DNA from: Podarcis gaigeae
Lineage: Eukaryota
Direction: 5' to 3' (one strand)
Assembly (NCBI GenBank): GCA_964106915.2
Contig: OZ066926.1
DNA: 64,000 nt
Of this stretch, positions 50,780-62,772 are shown piece by piece. A program made the position numbers and the translations under genes. The first letter of the stretch is position 1. Each line of letters opens with the position of its first letter. The notes under the pieces were generated by a model that ran no database searches, had not been told where the DNA came from, and saw only the letters and a list, made by a program, of their open reading frames with translations.

Positions 50780-51060
50780 GCGAAGGGGAGCCCTGAGATA
50801 GCCTGAAAGCGGCAGGTTTGGGGATGGCGATGCACCCCTGTTGCTCAGTACCTGGGAGGGACCGCAGCTGAACTCCATCGCGCCGGCTCTCCCAGCCTCG
50901 TTTCCGATCCAAAATGGCCGCCGCAGTGAATCAGCCCTATCTATCTCTACTACCACGAAAGGCGCTGTCTGGTTTTCCCTCAACCAAGATGGCAGCATCA
51001 GACTCGAAAGGAATGAATGAAGCGCGCCAGGAGTTGGGTCCTAGTTGCTGCGTATATAGT
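50780..51060 (-). promoter_or_regulatory. CpG-rich promoter and candidate first exon of the transposase-derived gene
   Basis: Local CpG cluster with two YY1 motifs (aaaatggccgcc at 50911, caagatggc at 50985). Minus strand reads gcgATGGAG...CAG|gtactg (MEFSCGPSQ, 50878-50852). Confidence 0.55.
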
Positions 51061-51182
51061 GGGTTCTCTCATTAACTTTTTTTCCCCTGAGGGAAGAGAG
51101 AATCACAAAAAGTAAACACACACACACAGTTTCGTGGCGCCTTAAAAACTAAACACTTTGATTATGGCATAAACTTCCGTAG

Positions 51183-51528
51183 GTACGTGGGTGGCGCTGT
51201 GGGTTAAACCACAGAGCCTAGGGCTTGCCGATCAGAAGGTTGGCGGTTTGAATCCCCACGACAAGCTCCCGTTGCTCGCTCCCTGCTCCTGCCAACCTAG
51301 CAGTTCGAAAGCACATCAAAGTGCAAGTAGATAAATAGGTACCACTCCGGTGGGAAGGTAAACGGCGTTTCCGTGTCCTATTCTGGTTTGCCAGAAGCGG
51401 CTTAGTCATGCTGGCCACATGACTCGGAAGCTGTACGCCGGCTCCCTTGGCCAATAAAGCGAGATGAGCGCCACAACCCCAGAGTCGGCCACAACTGGAC
51501 CTAATGGTCAGGGGTCCCTTTACCTTTA
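51183..51528 (+). mobile_element. Sauria SINE (full length)
   Basis: ggtggcgctgtgggttaaaccacagagcc...cagttcgaaagcac...ggggtccctttaccttta with an (ACCTTT) tail. Confidence 0.88.
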
Positions 51529-51822
51529 TCCTTGCAGATTTATATGGACACATGGGTGTAAGGAACGGAGGATCTGTAATCACTGGGGTCTGAGGCAAAT
51601 GGAAATATGAGGCAAATGGAAATATGAGGAAGGGTAGAGCATCCACGGCTTTGCATGCAGAAGGTGCCAGCTTCAATCCATGGCATCACCAGGCAAGGCT
51701 GGAAGAGACGCCTGGCTACTGACAGTCAGTGGAGAGAATGGCCTTGTGTTCCTGTAATTACAGATAGTGACGGTTCAATTATAGCTAGGCAGTCTGCAAA
51801 ATAAACCAGCAACTGGAGGATT

Positions 51823-51968
51823 AGAATCATAGAATTGTAGAGTTAGAAGGGACCTCAGGGGTCATCTGGTCCCACCCTCTGCAAAGCAGGAAACTTTTTG
51901 CTCAACATGGGTCTCGAACCCACACGCCTGAGATGAAGTGTCTTAAGCTCTACCGACTGAGCTATCCC
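51823..51968 (-). mobile_element. tRNA-Lys-like SINE with CR1-type 3' tail
   Basis: Minus strand gggatagctcagtcggtagagc...ggttcgagaccc..., ending ctctacaattctatgattct. Partial copies at ~8720, 22440 and 54815. Confidence 0.75.
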
Positions 51969-52026
51969 ACACAAGATTACATGTCATGCGTCTAACAAAA
52001 TGGAGTCATGTAGTTCCTAAAGGCTT

Positions 52027-52395
52027 TAAAAAGGTAAAGGACCCCTGACAGTTAAGTCCAGTTACAGACGACTCTGGGATTGCGGCGCTCATCTCGTTTT
52101 ACTGGCCAAGGGACCGGCGTTTGTCCGCAGACAGTTTTTCTGGGCCATGTGGCCAGCATGACTAAGCCGCTTCTGGCACAATGGAACACCGAAACCAGAG
52201 CAGCTCACGGAAATGCCATTTACCTTCCCGCCGGAGCGTACCTGTTTATCTACTTGCACTGGTGTGCTTTTGAACTGGCAGGAGCTGGGACCGAGCAACG
52301 GGAGCTCACCCTGTAGCGGGGATTTGAACCGCCGACCTTCTGATCGGCAAGCCCAAGAGGCTCAGTGGTTTAGACCACAGCGCCACCCGTGCCCC
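52027..52395 (-). mobile_element. Sauria SINE (full length) with ~12-bp TSD
   Basis: Reverse complement of the 51183 element. TSD tcctaaaggctt (52015-52026) / tcctaaaagctt (52396-52407). Confidence 0.88.
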
Positions 52396-53706
52396 TCCTA
52401 AAAGCTTAGGCCAAAATAAAATTGATTAGCCTTTAAGTGCCACAAGACTTGGTTCTTTTTGATGCAACTAGCATGAGTTCCTCTCTGGAAAAAGCACAAA
52501 CAGGTATTTCCTTAATCAGTGGTATTATTTTCCCTTATGTTGTGGCAGTAATGGGAGCAGGAGCTGCTTGATCATGGGGGCAGTGGGTGAACCCCCTAAC
52601 ACAGCCTTTGCTAACCTTTTGAGATGCTTTGGACTACAGCTACATGCACACCATGCATGTAACGCACAGGAGGAAGCCCTAGGGTGGTGGGGCAAAGGTG
52701 TCCATTTGAAATGCACAAATTGTTGAGGTACTGCACACACCTCCTCTCCTCAGATAAGGATAGTTGCCTGACTGCGTTTTTCAGAGAAGGAGCAGCTGCA
52801 GGGGCTTTCCTTCACCATTCTGGAAAGAGCATCTAGCTCCAACTGCTTCTAGCCCAGAGCTGAAGGGAGGCACACTCTTCCCTCTGCCACTGGCTGAGAG
52901 CCTGGGGTGCCTTGCAAGAGTTGCACCCCGTGACACTCAAGAGGAACATCATGCCAAGAGAAATAAACTGTACCCAGGAGCGATGCAGTCAGTGCTATTT
53001 ATGCATAAAGTTCAGATGCAGACGTGGCAAAACTCTGTTATTAATTCACAGCAGTGCTAATTGATGGCAGCACAACCTTTCTAGCTTTGCTATGCTAATT
53101 TAACACCTGGAAAGGGAGGGCGGAAAAAACAAACGTGGTCTCAGCTGAGTCCTAAATGAATAGGAATCCGAAGACATTATAAATTCTTGTTCAACAATTT
53201 CACTCTCTTGACATCTTTTAAAGTTCCTTTGTTGAAGAATGGCAACATTCTAGTCTGCAGCAGAATGTCCTTGGAGAGTGAAATGTTCTCCCACTGGTTT
53301 CTGAAATGTTGCCATTTTTGTATGTTGAATTTGTGCCCATCTATTATTCTTTTGCCTGGAGACAGACCTGCTAGTCCTTTGCAGAGAGGCTGGAATAAAT
53401 GAAAATTCGGGTCCTGTGAGGAGGCTAGGAATTTCGGGGTGCTGATCCTCTTGACATTTTTCATCATCTGGCAGACAGTTTTATTTCCACTTGAAGAGAG
53501 GGCTCAAGACTTGAAGCCCCAGATACACCTTTCGAGAACTAAGGAGCAGTGAAATAATGATGCTATAAGGGCAGGCGCAGTAGGATCTGTTTGCTGAATT
53601 AAAGGTGAGTCTTAGAATAAGGCACTCTTTAAAAAAACCCCAAAACCCACACCGTTCTCAGTGTTCACACCTTGTGACAGTTCCAGATTCAACCATCTAT
53701 ATTATG

Positions 53707-53947
53707 CAGTGGTACCTCGGGTTAAGTACTTAATTCGTTCTGGAGGTCCGTTCTTAATCTGAAACTATTCTTAACCTGAAGCACCACTTTAGCTAATGGG
53801 GCCTCCTGCTGCCACCGCGCCGCCGGAGCACGATTTCTGTTTTCATCCTGAAGCAAAGTTCTTAACCCGAGGTAATATTTCTGGGTTAATGGAGTCTGTA
53901 ACCTGAAAGTATGTAACCTGAAGCGTATGTAACCTCAGGTACCACTG
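53707..53947. mobile_element. Tigger-like MITE family A, copy 2
   Basis: CAGTGGTACCTC ... AGGTACCACTG|TA. Confidence 0.88.
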
Positions 53948-56900
53948 TACCTCATAGAATCATAGAACTGTAGCATTGGAATAGAATGAATGTAATTGGC
54001 GATCTGAGGGTGGCATTGAAACCAGAAGAAGGTTTGTGTTTGGCCAGGTGTAATCCAGAGTGTGTCACATAGCAATGGAGAGTCATCAAAGATGGATTTG
54101 AGAATTGAATCTGATGTTGACTTCTCAAAAAAACACCCACCTTATCTGGTCTGAGGCTGCCACCCTAAATCAGTACTCCAGAATCCTAGGTTTCCTCGAT
54201 CCTGCTTGCTAGTTCCCCATCTGAAAAGATAGATTAAAAAAAACCCAAAATTTGTATTGAACGGCATTTGTACAGTCACTTCTTTTTTTCTTCTTCTCCC
54301 TCTGCTCTGGCAATACAGATTTTGCCTGCGAGCTCAGCAGGGCTTGTCTCCTTCCCTTTCTGACTTTTGTTGTTGTTGTTGTGTGCATTTTATCTCTATT
54401 ACACATTTCCTCCAAAGAATTGCCCCTCACAGCATCTTTGGACCAGACTAGACAATGCACTTGTTGCTGTGCCCTTTTTAAAATAATAATAAAAACAACA
54501 ATAACAACAGAATAATTGTAAGTATGGGGAACTTGATTTTCACTGGGACTGTCGTGGAGTTAAACCACCCTCAGTATGTGCCCCAGTGCCCTAATAAGTC
54601 CCATCTGTCCCCAGCAGCAGAAAGCAAGCCACACATTTAGTGCCACATCTAGTCTTCGTAACATGCTATACATTTAAAGCACATTACTTCCCCCAAGGAA
54701 TCCTGGGAACTGTGGTTTGTTAAAGGGCTGGGAATTGTAGCTCTGTGCTTTAAATGTATGGTGTGTACACATTTACTAGAGCAGCCTTTGCCAACCAGCT
54801 GCTGTTCAGAAAGAATAATAGAATTGTAGAAATGGAAGGGTCCTCTAGGGATCATCTAGTCCAACCCCCTGCAATGCAATGTTGCACTACAGCTCCCATC
54901 AGCTGAGACTGATGGGAGTTGTGGTCCAATGACTTCCAGAGGGCGGAAGGCGAGTAAACCCCACTGAGCCCTGTGAGGCCTAGTTCTGAGTAAAGACGCA
55001 GAGGGTTGCATTAAAAGCCTCACAGCTTCCCTGCAATGGGCTTCATTATTTTCCCTCTCCCATCTGGTTTTCCTGTCTCCATCTCAAGGGTCAGTCGGCG
55101 CTCAGTGGTCACTCAGTATGCTCAGTCCTCCTTGGACTGTTTTGGAGGTTTCCCACCTACCACTTCCGCTTTAGGGCCATCGCACACACCCCTCCCCCCA
55201 AAACACCTGCTTGATCCCTTCTTATAAGGCAGGTGCGAGGGAACATGTGGCTCTCCAGATGTGGCTGAGCTACAACTCCCATCATCCCTTGCCATGGACT
55301 AGGCTTGCTAGCATTAATGGAAGCTAGAGTTCAGTCCAAAGATTCACCATTTCTGCTTTAGAGAGCGGATGGGGCCATTTTGGCAACGTAAAAATCCACA
55401 AGTTGGCCTCTGAACTTAGAAATGGAGGGAATAATTTAGTAGGAGGACACCATGAGATTTTCCTGAGAGAGAGATAATAGGGCAGATAGAAACCTTTCAC
55501 ACAAGGTCTGGGTATTTATAGGGTACATCTTCCTTGTTCCAGCTATCATCCCTTTCAGACGTTAGATTGAGGTCCACAAGGATTTTTTGTGTGTGGCGCC
55601 CCCTGAGCTATGGAATTCTCTTCCCTCCCTTTTCCAGCACAGGTGAAAATGTGATTATTCCTCTGAGCTTTCGGACACTGTTTTCATTGTCACCAGCTTT
55701 TAAATGTTAAATATATATTCCTTTCAATACTGTTTTTTAAATACTTTTCGCAGCACTGTGGTTTTAAACTTTTATATTTTTTAAACAAACTAGGTCATCC
55801 TGCTGAAAGACAGTATGTAGACATTGTTCATATATTATCATTATTTGGAGCTTGCCAAAGAACAGACAGAGAGGTATTATAAAAGTGTTACTTTGCACAA
55901 CAGACAAACAGCATGTCATAGATGTTGGTCAGATAATGTCTGTCAGTATCCTCTTCTGCAGGCCTCCTAAATAGAGGGGGCTGGGGGGGGGGAGAGAGAG
56001 CTTGATTTGTAATGCAGATGCAGCCTTTGAGCATTACAGATCAAAACTAGCTGGGAGCTCTCCTCAGAGGAATCCTGAAGAGATCTGCTATCAGAGCGAG
56101 AATGCCAAGTTTGCCTGTTGAAGCAAAAACAACAACAAAGCATCTCGTTGAGACACCTAAAAAGACGAACACGTTTATTATAGTACAAGCTTTCATGGAC
56201 AGCATCTGGGCTTCCCAGACTGATCCGTGCTTCGTTCAGGTGGTTCACAGTGTATCTGTGGATTCTTGGTTGAAGATGGGAGACGGCACATCCGTCACAT
56301 TAAATATTCATATTTATTTTTAATTGCATTTTAACGGCTTCTTTTATTTCATGGATTTTATTGCATTACAATTTGAAGTCTTTGGAATGTAATAAAATAC
56401 AGCGCATATGAAACAAAAAGCCTTTAGAAGTCACACAGCATCTAGCACAGCACATTGCAATTGCTACAACAGGCAGAAAAATCATGGTTCGCCAAGATCC
56501 TCAGCAATTTTCAAGTGGTCCAAAGCAGAAGAAACTTTGGGGACCTAGAGAGCCCACTTCATCGTGCAGAAAAAGTCTCCGTGTAGATACTTTAAAGCAC
56601 ATTCTTTCCCCTCAAATAATTCTGGGCACTGTAGTTTCTTAAGGGATGCTAGGAATTGTAACTCTCTGATGGGGGCTAAACTACAGTGCCCAGAATTCTT
56701 TGAAGGAAGGCATCTTCTTCAAGTGTACTTTAAAGGTATAGGATGTACACAGCCTTAGGCATAAAACAGGTTTCAGGTTGCACTGAGGATGCCAGAGGAA
56801 AGATTCCACCATGGCTGTTATGCCATGAAAAATGACCGTGTTTTCCTTCATGCCTGCTTTGTGCCTCACAATAGGAACATTACTCCATTTAATTTAATAT

Positions 56901-57086
56901 TGTCTACACTGGGTGGCAGCAGCTGTTCAGTGCAAGATCAGGCCTGGTATTTGAGAAGTAAGGGAGGCAGAAGCAGTCAAAAGAGATTAACTGCAACCAT
57001 GGTTCAAAGGCTCATGCCTGAGATAAATTCAAGATTGATTCATTGTTGTTTGTTTTTTTAAAAGCAAGCGATATATTCTAGAGGCA

Positions 57087-57865
57087 TGTAAGATGTGGGT
57101 CCTAAGACCCTTAATCCCACTCCTTAAAATACAATCTGAACAAAATTGGTGAAGCAGCAAAGAGTTTATTGAATACAATATGTTCTTGCAAGAGTGGGAA
57201 TCCAAAGTAGGCAAACCCCAGCTTTGTCAAAGCATAAGTTTATATTCCCTATACAGTACAGTGGTACCTCGGGTTACAGACGCTTCAGGTTACAGACTCC
57301 GCTAACCCAGAAATAGTACCTCGGGTTAAAAACTTTGCTTCAGGATGAGAACAGAAATCACGTGGTGGCAGCGGGAGGCCCCATGAGCTAAAGTGGTGCT
57401 TCAGGTTAAGAACAGTTTCAGGTTTAGAACGGACCTCCAGAATGAATTAAGTTCTTAACCCGAGGTACCACTGTACCAGAAGCACAGGTCCCCGTGTGTC
57501 CCCCCCCCGTCTCCCCATTGGCTGGGTACTACAAAGTTTACAGCCTATCACAACCACCTAATTATCCTACCAACATTCCCACCTCTGTTCACTCTGATTC
57601 ACCCTCTACATTTCTTTATTATTCCCCTTATTTGGTCTATGTTCCTATGCAGTTACTTGCTAAGCCAAGCAAAAACACCGCCTTCTGATCACAAGCTCTA
57701 ACATCTCCAGATAACAAGTGATCTGGACTGCTGACACTTGTCTACTTATTACAACCACATCCTGACCACAAGCTCTAAATATCTCTTAAGCTGTCTGGAC
57801 TGCATACATTTGTTTGTTTACCTGTTACATTTATATATGAAAAAGCAACATCCTCATTTCTCACA
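57087..57865 (-). mobile_element. ERV-type solo LTR containing a nested MITE
   Basis: Minus strand TGTGAG...CTTACA termini with CCAAT, TATA (57238-57244) and AATAAA (57165-57170) in LTR order. 5-bp flanks aggca/gggca. Confidence 0.65.
57259..57473. mobile_element. Tigger-like MITE family A, copy 3
   Basis: TA TSD and perfect TIRs. Confidence 0.9.
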
Positions 57866-58182
57866 GGGCATTTGTTGTAGTTATTTATTTATAGCTCATA
57901 ATTACCGGCAACATTAACAACGCAGGTCAAACAGCCACACTTTCATTTCTGAGGGGAAATGATGTGAGCATTGGAGAGACTGGGTTGGCATCAGATTTCA
58001 TGGGCCTCTCAGCATGTTACCACCCAGTGTCCCCACCAACACACACAACCTATTTCCCCATTTGGTCACGGAGCACTTTTTCCCCTTTCGCCACAGCCAC
58101 CGAGGCCTCAGTAGCGGCAGCAACACCACTCACTGGTGCCCTGCAGTGCTTTCGTGGTGCTGCTTTTGAATGAGAGCCAAAC

Positions 58183-58444
58183 TGTTAAGTTGTGGGTCAT
58201 ATCAGACAACACAGTGATTCTTCAAACAGCTCTTGTTTATTCACAGGCCCAGAACAGAACTGGGCTCAAGGGTTCAGCCAACCTGCTTATATAGAGCTCA
58301 ACTACAAAGCAACAGTAACAACTTTCTGTAACTATCCAATCACTGAACGTCACTTTCAATTCCTTATTTGCATATGTGGACCTGAGTGAAAACTATCTAC
58401 AGTATCCCCCTGCTCGTTCAGGGTGAGAACTTCAGTACATAACA
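58183..58444 (-). mobile_element. Solo LTR, same family as 5246-5510
   Basis: TGTTA...TAACA termini; shares ggacctgagtgaaaactatctacagtatccccctgct. Flanks caaac/ccaac. Confidence 0.8.
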
Positions 58445-58912
58445 CCAACCTATAGACCTAATGGAAGCGATAGTTTTCTATAGCTGCACAGCACACATCT
58501 TTTTAAATGTCAGCCAGGGCATTGCATTCTGGGTGAATTAAATGGTTGGGTGGATTCTGTGAATGAAACCAAGCTTGGCTCCCACCGCAAAGCGGCACTG
58601 CCACCCACTTACTGCTCTGACAGCTGTCTGGGGGCCTGGCAAGAGGGCAGTGAGCCACACTGGGGCAGTGAGGGACCCTTCTGAGTCCCTGGGACTCTCA
58701 ACCAGAACCTGACCTGGCTGACCATTGGCACCAGGCCTGGACATGAATATACAGTACTGATATAAGTGTTTGTTTGTACCTGCAGCAAACATCCACCAAC
58801 ACCAGTTCTCGGTTGTTTCCCCCCAAGGGGGGTGGGAAATAGCTAGTCAATCCCTTCCCAATGCCACTACTACCCCTTCCTAGTGCCAATACTACCATCA
58901 AAATGTCTTCCT

Positions 58913-59079
58913 NNNNNNNNNNNNNNNNNNNNNNNNNNNNNNNNNNNNNNNNNNNNNNNNNNNNNNNNNNNNNNNNNNNNNNNNNNNNNNNNNNNNNNNN
59001 NNNNNNNNNNNNNNNNNNNNNNNNNNNNNNNNNNNNNNNNNNNNNNNNNNNNNNNNNNNNNNNNNNNNNNNNNNNNNNN
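58913..59079. other. Assembly gap (167 N)
   Basis: Run of N. Confidence 1.
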
Positions 59080-60099
59080 TATCACAGCATTGGACTACAC
59101 TACAGGGTTTTTATGAGTCCAAATGGCTACCCAGAATTGCCAATAAATTCTTGCTCATAGATTTTGCACCCCTGGCAGCTCCACTTTTGACCGTCTTTCA
59201 TTACAGAATGACAGCCTTGAGGTTTGCAGCAGAATGTCCTTGGAAACAGAAAGTTTATCCCGCTGGCTTCTGAATGTTACATTTTTTAATTCCCCCCAGA
59301 GATTTGACCAGTTTATGCAATGTAGGGCATAGTTCCATGATAGGGGCTAGGAATTTTGGGGTGCCTTTCAGCACATACACGGATTTCCTTTGTCAGCTGG
59401 GCCACTATGTTTCCTATGTGCTGGAGGCACCCAAATCCTGGAGTCCCAGGTACACATTTCTTCAAGGAACCAAAGAGTGGCCTTGAACAACCAACCTTCT
59501 GATTAACAGCCAGATGTGCTGATCCATTGCCCCACCTGAGGAAATGATGCCGAAAGGATATGAGTATTATATGAGCTATGATCTAAACCTGAGGTAGAAA
59601 CTGGATCAGGTCAGGCAGCCAGATTATTATCTCCCTCGCCTGCTGTGGGTCAAAATTGATAGGAGGGTGGTGTCACCCGCTTATCAACCAGCAAATTTCA
59701 CCATCCGGTTTGAAATCAAACTATGTGAGATACATGGGTGGAGGGGGTGACACCGAAATCAGAATGGAGTTTGGCTGTGTACATCTTAACAGCTTAAAAT
59801 GCAGCTAGCCTGCTCTTTTTCTGAATTCGGATCAAAGCTGGTTCAGATCAAACCTTGTGTATACCACTTCCAAAATCAGTGGTGGGAGTGTATTGGATGC
59901 GGAATAAATGAGTGTGGACACAGTTTTGAACTATCAGTAGATCACCAGAGTTTCTCTTACACACCTCTGATAATAAACATTTATCATTTCATATCCTTTG
60001 TTGCAGTTAGTTAAATTCTGTATGGCTTATATGTTGGCCTCTGGGATGAAGCGAAGGACTTGATCTGTTTGGATCCATATATGAGATATTCCTCTTAAG

Positions 60100-61290
60100 T
60101 TTTTTTAAAAAAACAAATCTTTTATAAGGGTGGTATTTCCATATGATCCAAAAATTATGTTAAAACCAATTGTTTCCCATTGTTTAAATTGTCAACAGTT
60201 GTCCTGGTTATAAAAAATGGGGATGATATAAGAAAGGAATTAGCAGGGAAATGGGTTTGTGTGCATGTAATTTTTTATACCATCTTTTCCATATTTTTTC
60301 AATTGCCAATAGGCAAGGGTTATCCAATTTTTCATTTGTCTTTGGATTATGCACCAGGAATGTGATACTTTCCCATTTTATGGCTCCACTCTGGCGAGTG
60401 TTCAATTTTTATCCATATCTAAGCTTTATTGCCTTGAGCAATGGCAATTAGATTCTTAGTGTGTGCTACATCATGGCAATATGTAATATTTGGGATACTC
60501 AGAGCCCCTTATGATGTTTCACTCTATAATGTGGAAAGCCTGATTCTGGCTTTCTCCCCACCTCAATGGATAAATGTGATCATTAACTTTTGCTAGGTTT
60601 GCTAGGCTGATATCATGGCTGGAATGACTTCAACATTTTGTAATCGTTTTGGGGGAATTACGATTCTTGTTGCAGCATTTTTTTCCTAAGCCATGGAAGT
60701 TTCAATTTGTCCCAGTTTATCAGTGTTTGTTTTACAGTTTTGATACGGGGTTAATACTTTATTGTGATAAGCCAATTCAAGATTTGGGGGGAATATTCCT
60801 AAATATTTTAAAGATGTTGGACGAACTTTTAAGCCTATAGCTGGTGGGCATGAGACATTTATACATAACATTTCTATTTTTTGATAGCTGATTTGCAGTC
60901 CAGCAAATGCACCAAAAGTGTAAGGTATCAATTCCTCTGGGTTCGTGATCATAATGGCAGTTCAAACACTTCAATTCACGGTTATATACCCTTGATGCCA
61001 CTAAAAAAGGAATATGGCAGTGAACCCTTTTGCAATCAGGATTTATTACAATTTATTTCCTTCTGCGAAAAGAAGAAACTGATACTGCAACACATTGCAA
61101 TCAAGTGTGGCTCCAGATTAATCCCAGTGGAAGGGACCAGGAGCCAAAATCCATTCCCCTCTCTAATATATTCATTCAAAGAAAGGAAGAGAATTTGGCA
61201 CAGGCCCAGCATAATTAGGAGCTCTGCACAATTAATCCCGGAAGAAAGAGCTGAGCCTCTTCTTATTTCACAAACGGGAGCTTCGCTTCT
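60100..61290 (-). mobile_element. Decayed L1/Tx1-type LINE ORF2 fragment
   Basis: Minus-strand pieces AGLQISYQKIE...SLKYLGI and GALSIPNITY match the post-RT motifs SGLKINxxKS..KYLGI and GGLxLPN. Many stops and frameshifts. Confidence 0.65.
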
Positions 61291-61967
61291 CTGCCTTAGA
61301 AATAAATAAATAAAAATGACTCCTATTCAGTCTCCCCACGGCTGGATTCTGGAGTGTGGAAACACAGGGAGATCTCCCATGTGCAGTCTCTGGCGTGGGT
61401 AGTTTTCTGATCTCTCAACAAGATGCTGAGATGCCCAGCCCTGCCTCACATTTTGCAACACCCTTTGAAGTGAGTCAGCTGACCACAACCCCTTGGGGAC
61501 AACCCTAGAACCGTGACAACCCAGGGGATCAACTGCAGGAACAGTTGTCCGCAGTCCAGGTGAGCTGAGAGAAGAGGTGACACAGAAGCGTGCGCAACCA
61601 TGAGGGAGGGAAGGTTTGCCAGTGCTTGAGGAGGAGGATAAAAGCAAAAGGAGAGGCCCTGCTGCTTAACCCTGCGGCTCCTGGGAAGAAGCGGAGAAGC
61701 GAAGAGGAAGCAGAGAAAGGAGAGATTGGGAAGGTGCGTGATCTTAAGGAAGCGGGAGAACGTCGGATAAAACAAGGATGGGGAGAGGATGTGCAGAGAT
61801 TTCTGCAGAAATTAGGATATGCACAAGAGAGGGAAGGGTGGGTGTAAGCAAGCAGCAGGCACCTGCCCCGGAGTCGCCCTTTGTGATATGCCTGCCCTGT
61901 CTTGCTCCTGTTCATCTCTTGCTGGTTGGTATAGATACAGTATAGGTAAGAGGTTTGCAAGGTAATA

Positions 61968-62179
61968 CAGTGGTACCTCAGGTTAAGTACTTAATTTGTT
62001 CCGGAGATCCGTTCTTAACCTGAAACTATTCTTAACCTGAAGCACCACTTTAGCTAATAGGACCTCCCACTGCTGCACGATTTCTGTTCTCATCCTGAAG
62101 CAAAGTTCTTAACCTGAGGTACTATTTCTCAGTTAGTGGAGTCTGTAACCCGAAGCGTATGTAACCCGAGGTACCACTG
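61968..62179. mobile_element. Tigger-like MITE family A, copy 4
   Basis: TA TSD and TIRs. Confidence 0.9.
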
Positions 62180-62772
62180 TATGTGAGTTTGTATGTTTGC
62201 AGACTGGAGGAGTGTCAAGCAGGAGGGGAAAGGAAGCGAGATGGGGGGAGGCATGAAAGGAGGATGAAGACAAGAATGTGTGAAGGAACTATGAGAGACA
62301 ATGGGGTGCAGTGGCTAGAGTGTTGGACTACATTTTCTTTGGCGATCACTCGTAGCTGAGTGAACATGAACATGGTTTTAACAGTGAGTCCGTAAGTGAC
62401 TGTGGAGGCCAATTCTGGAACCACAAGTCCTTCCACAGTAGGGAGATAGGTTTCTGGGTAGGGGTTGATCATGGTGAAGGTTTGCTAAGCGTGCCATCCT
62501 TTTAGCGCACCTTTGGTAAGCTGGGAGCTGGGTGGCCAGGTTTCACCTCCCTATTCCGTCATGAGGTTTGCTGGGTGACCTTGGTCCAGTCACTGCCTCA
62601 CAGGGTTGTTGTGGGGATTAAATAAGAAGGAGGAGAACCAGGTATGCCACCTTGAGCTCCTTAGAGAAAAAGGTAGGATTTAAGGGGGGGCAGTAGCACT
62701 AAAAAAAACCTAAAAGGGGGAACAAGGAACGTGGGGAAAGTGTGGGTAGAGAAGAAATAGAAGAAGAAAATA

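Noticed and set aside
51895-51968. tRNA-Lys-like gene on the minus strand
   Set aside because: Degenerate stems and direct fusion to a CR1-type tail indicate a SINE head, not a tRNA gene.
56140-56570. Penelope-like terminus with possible hammerhead remnants
   Set aside because: The core is mutated and split by a hAT-like insertion, so it cannot be called functional.
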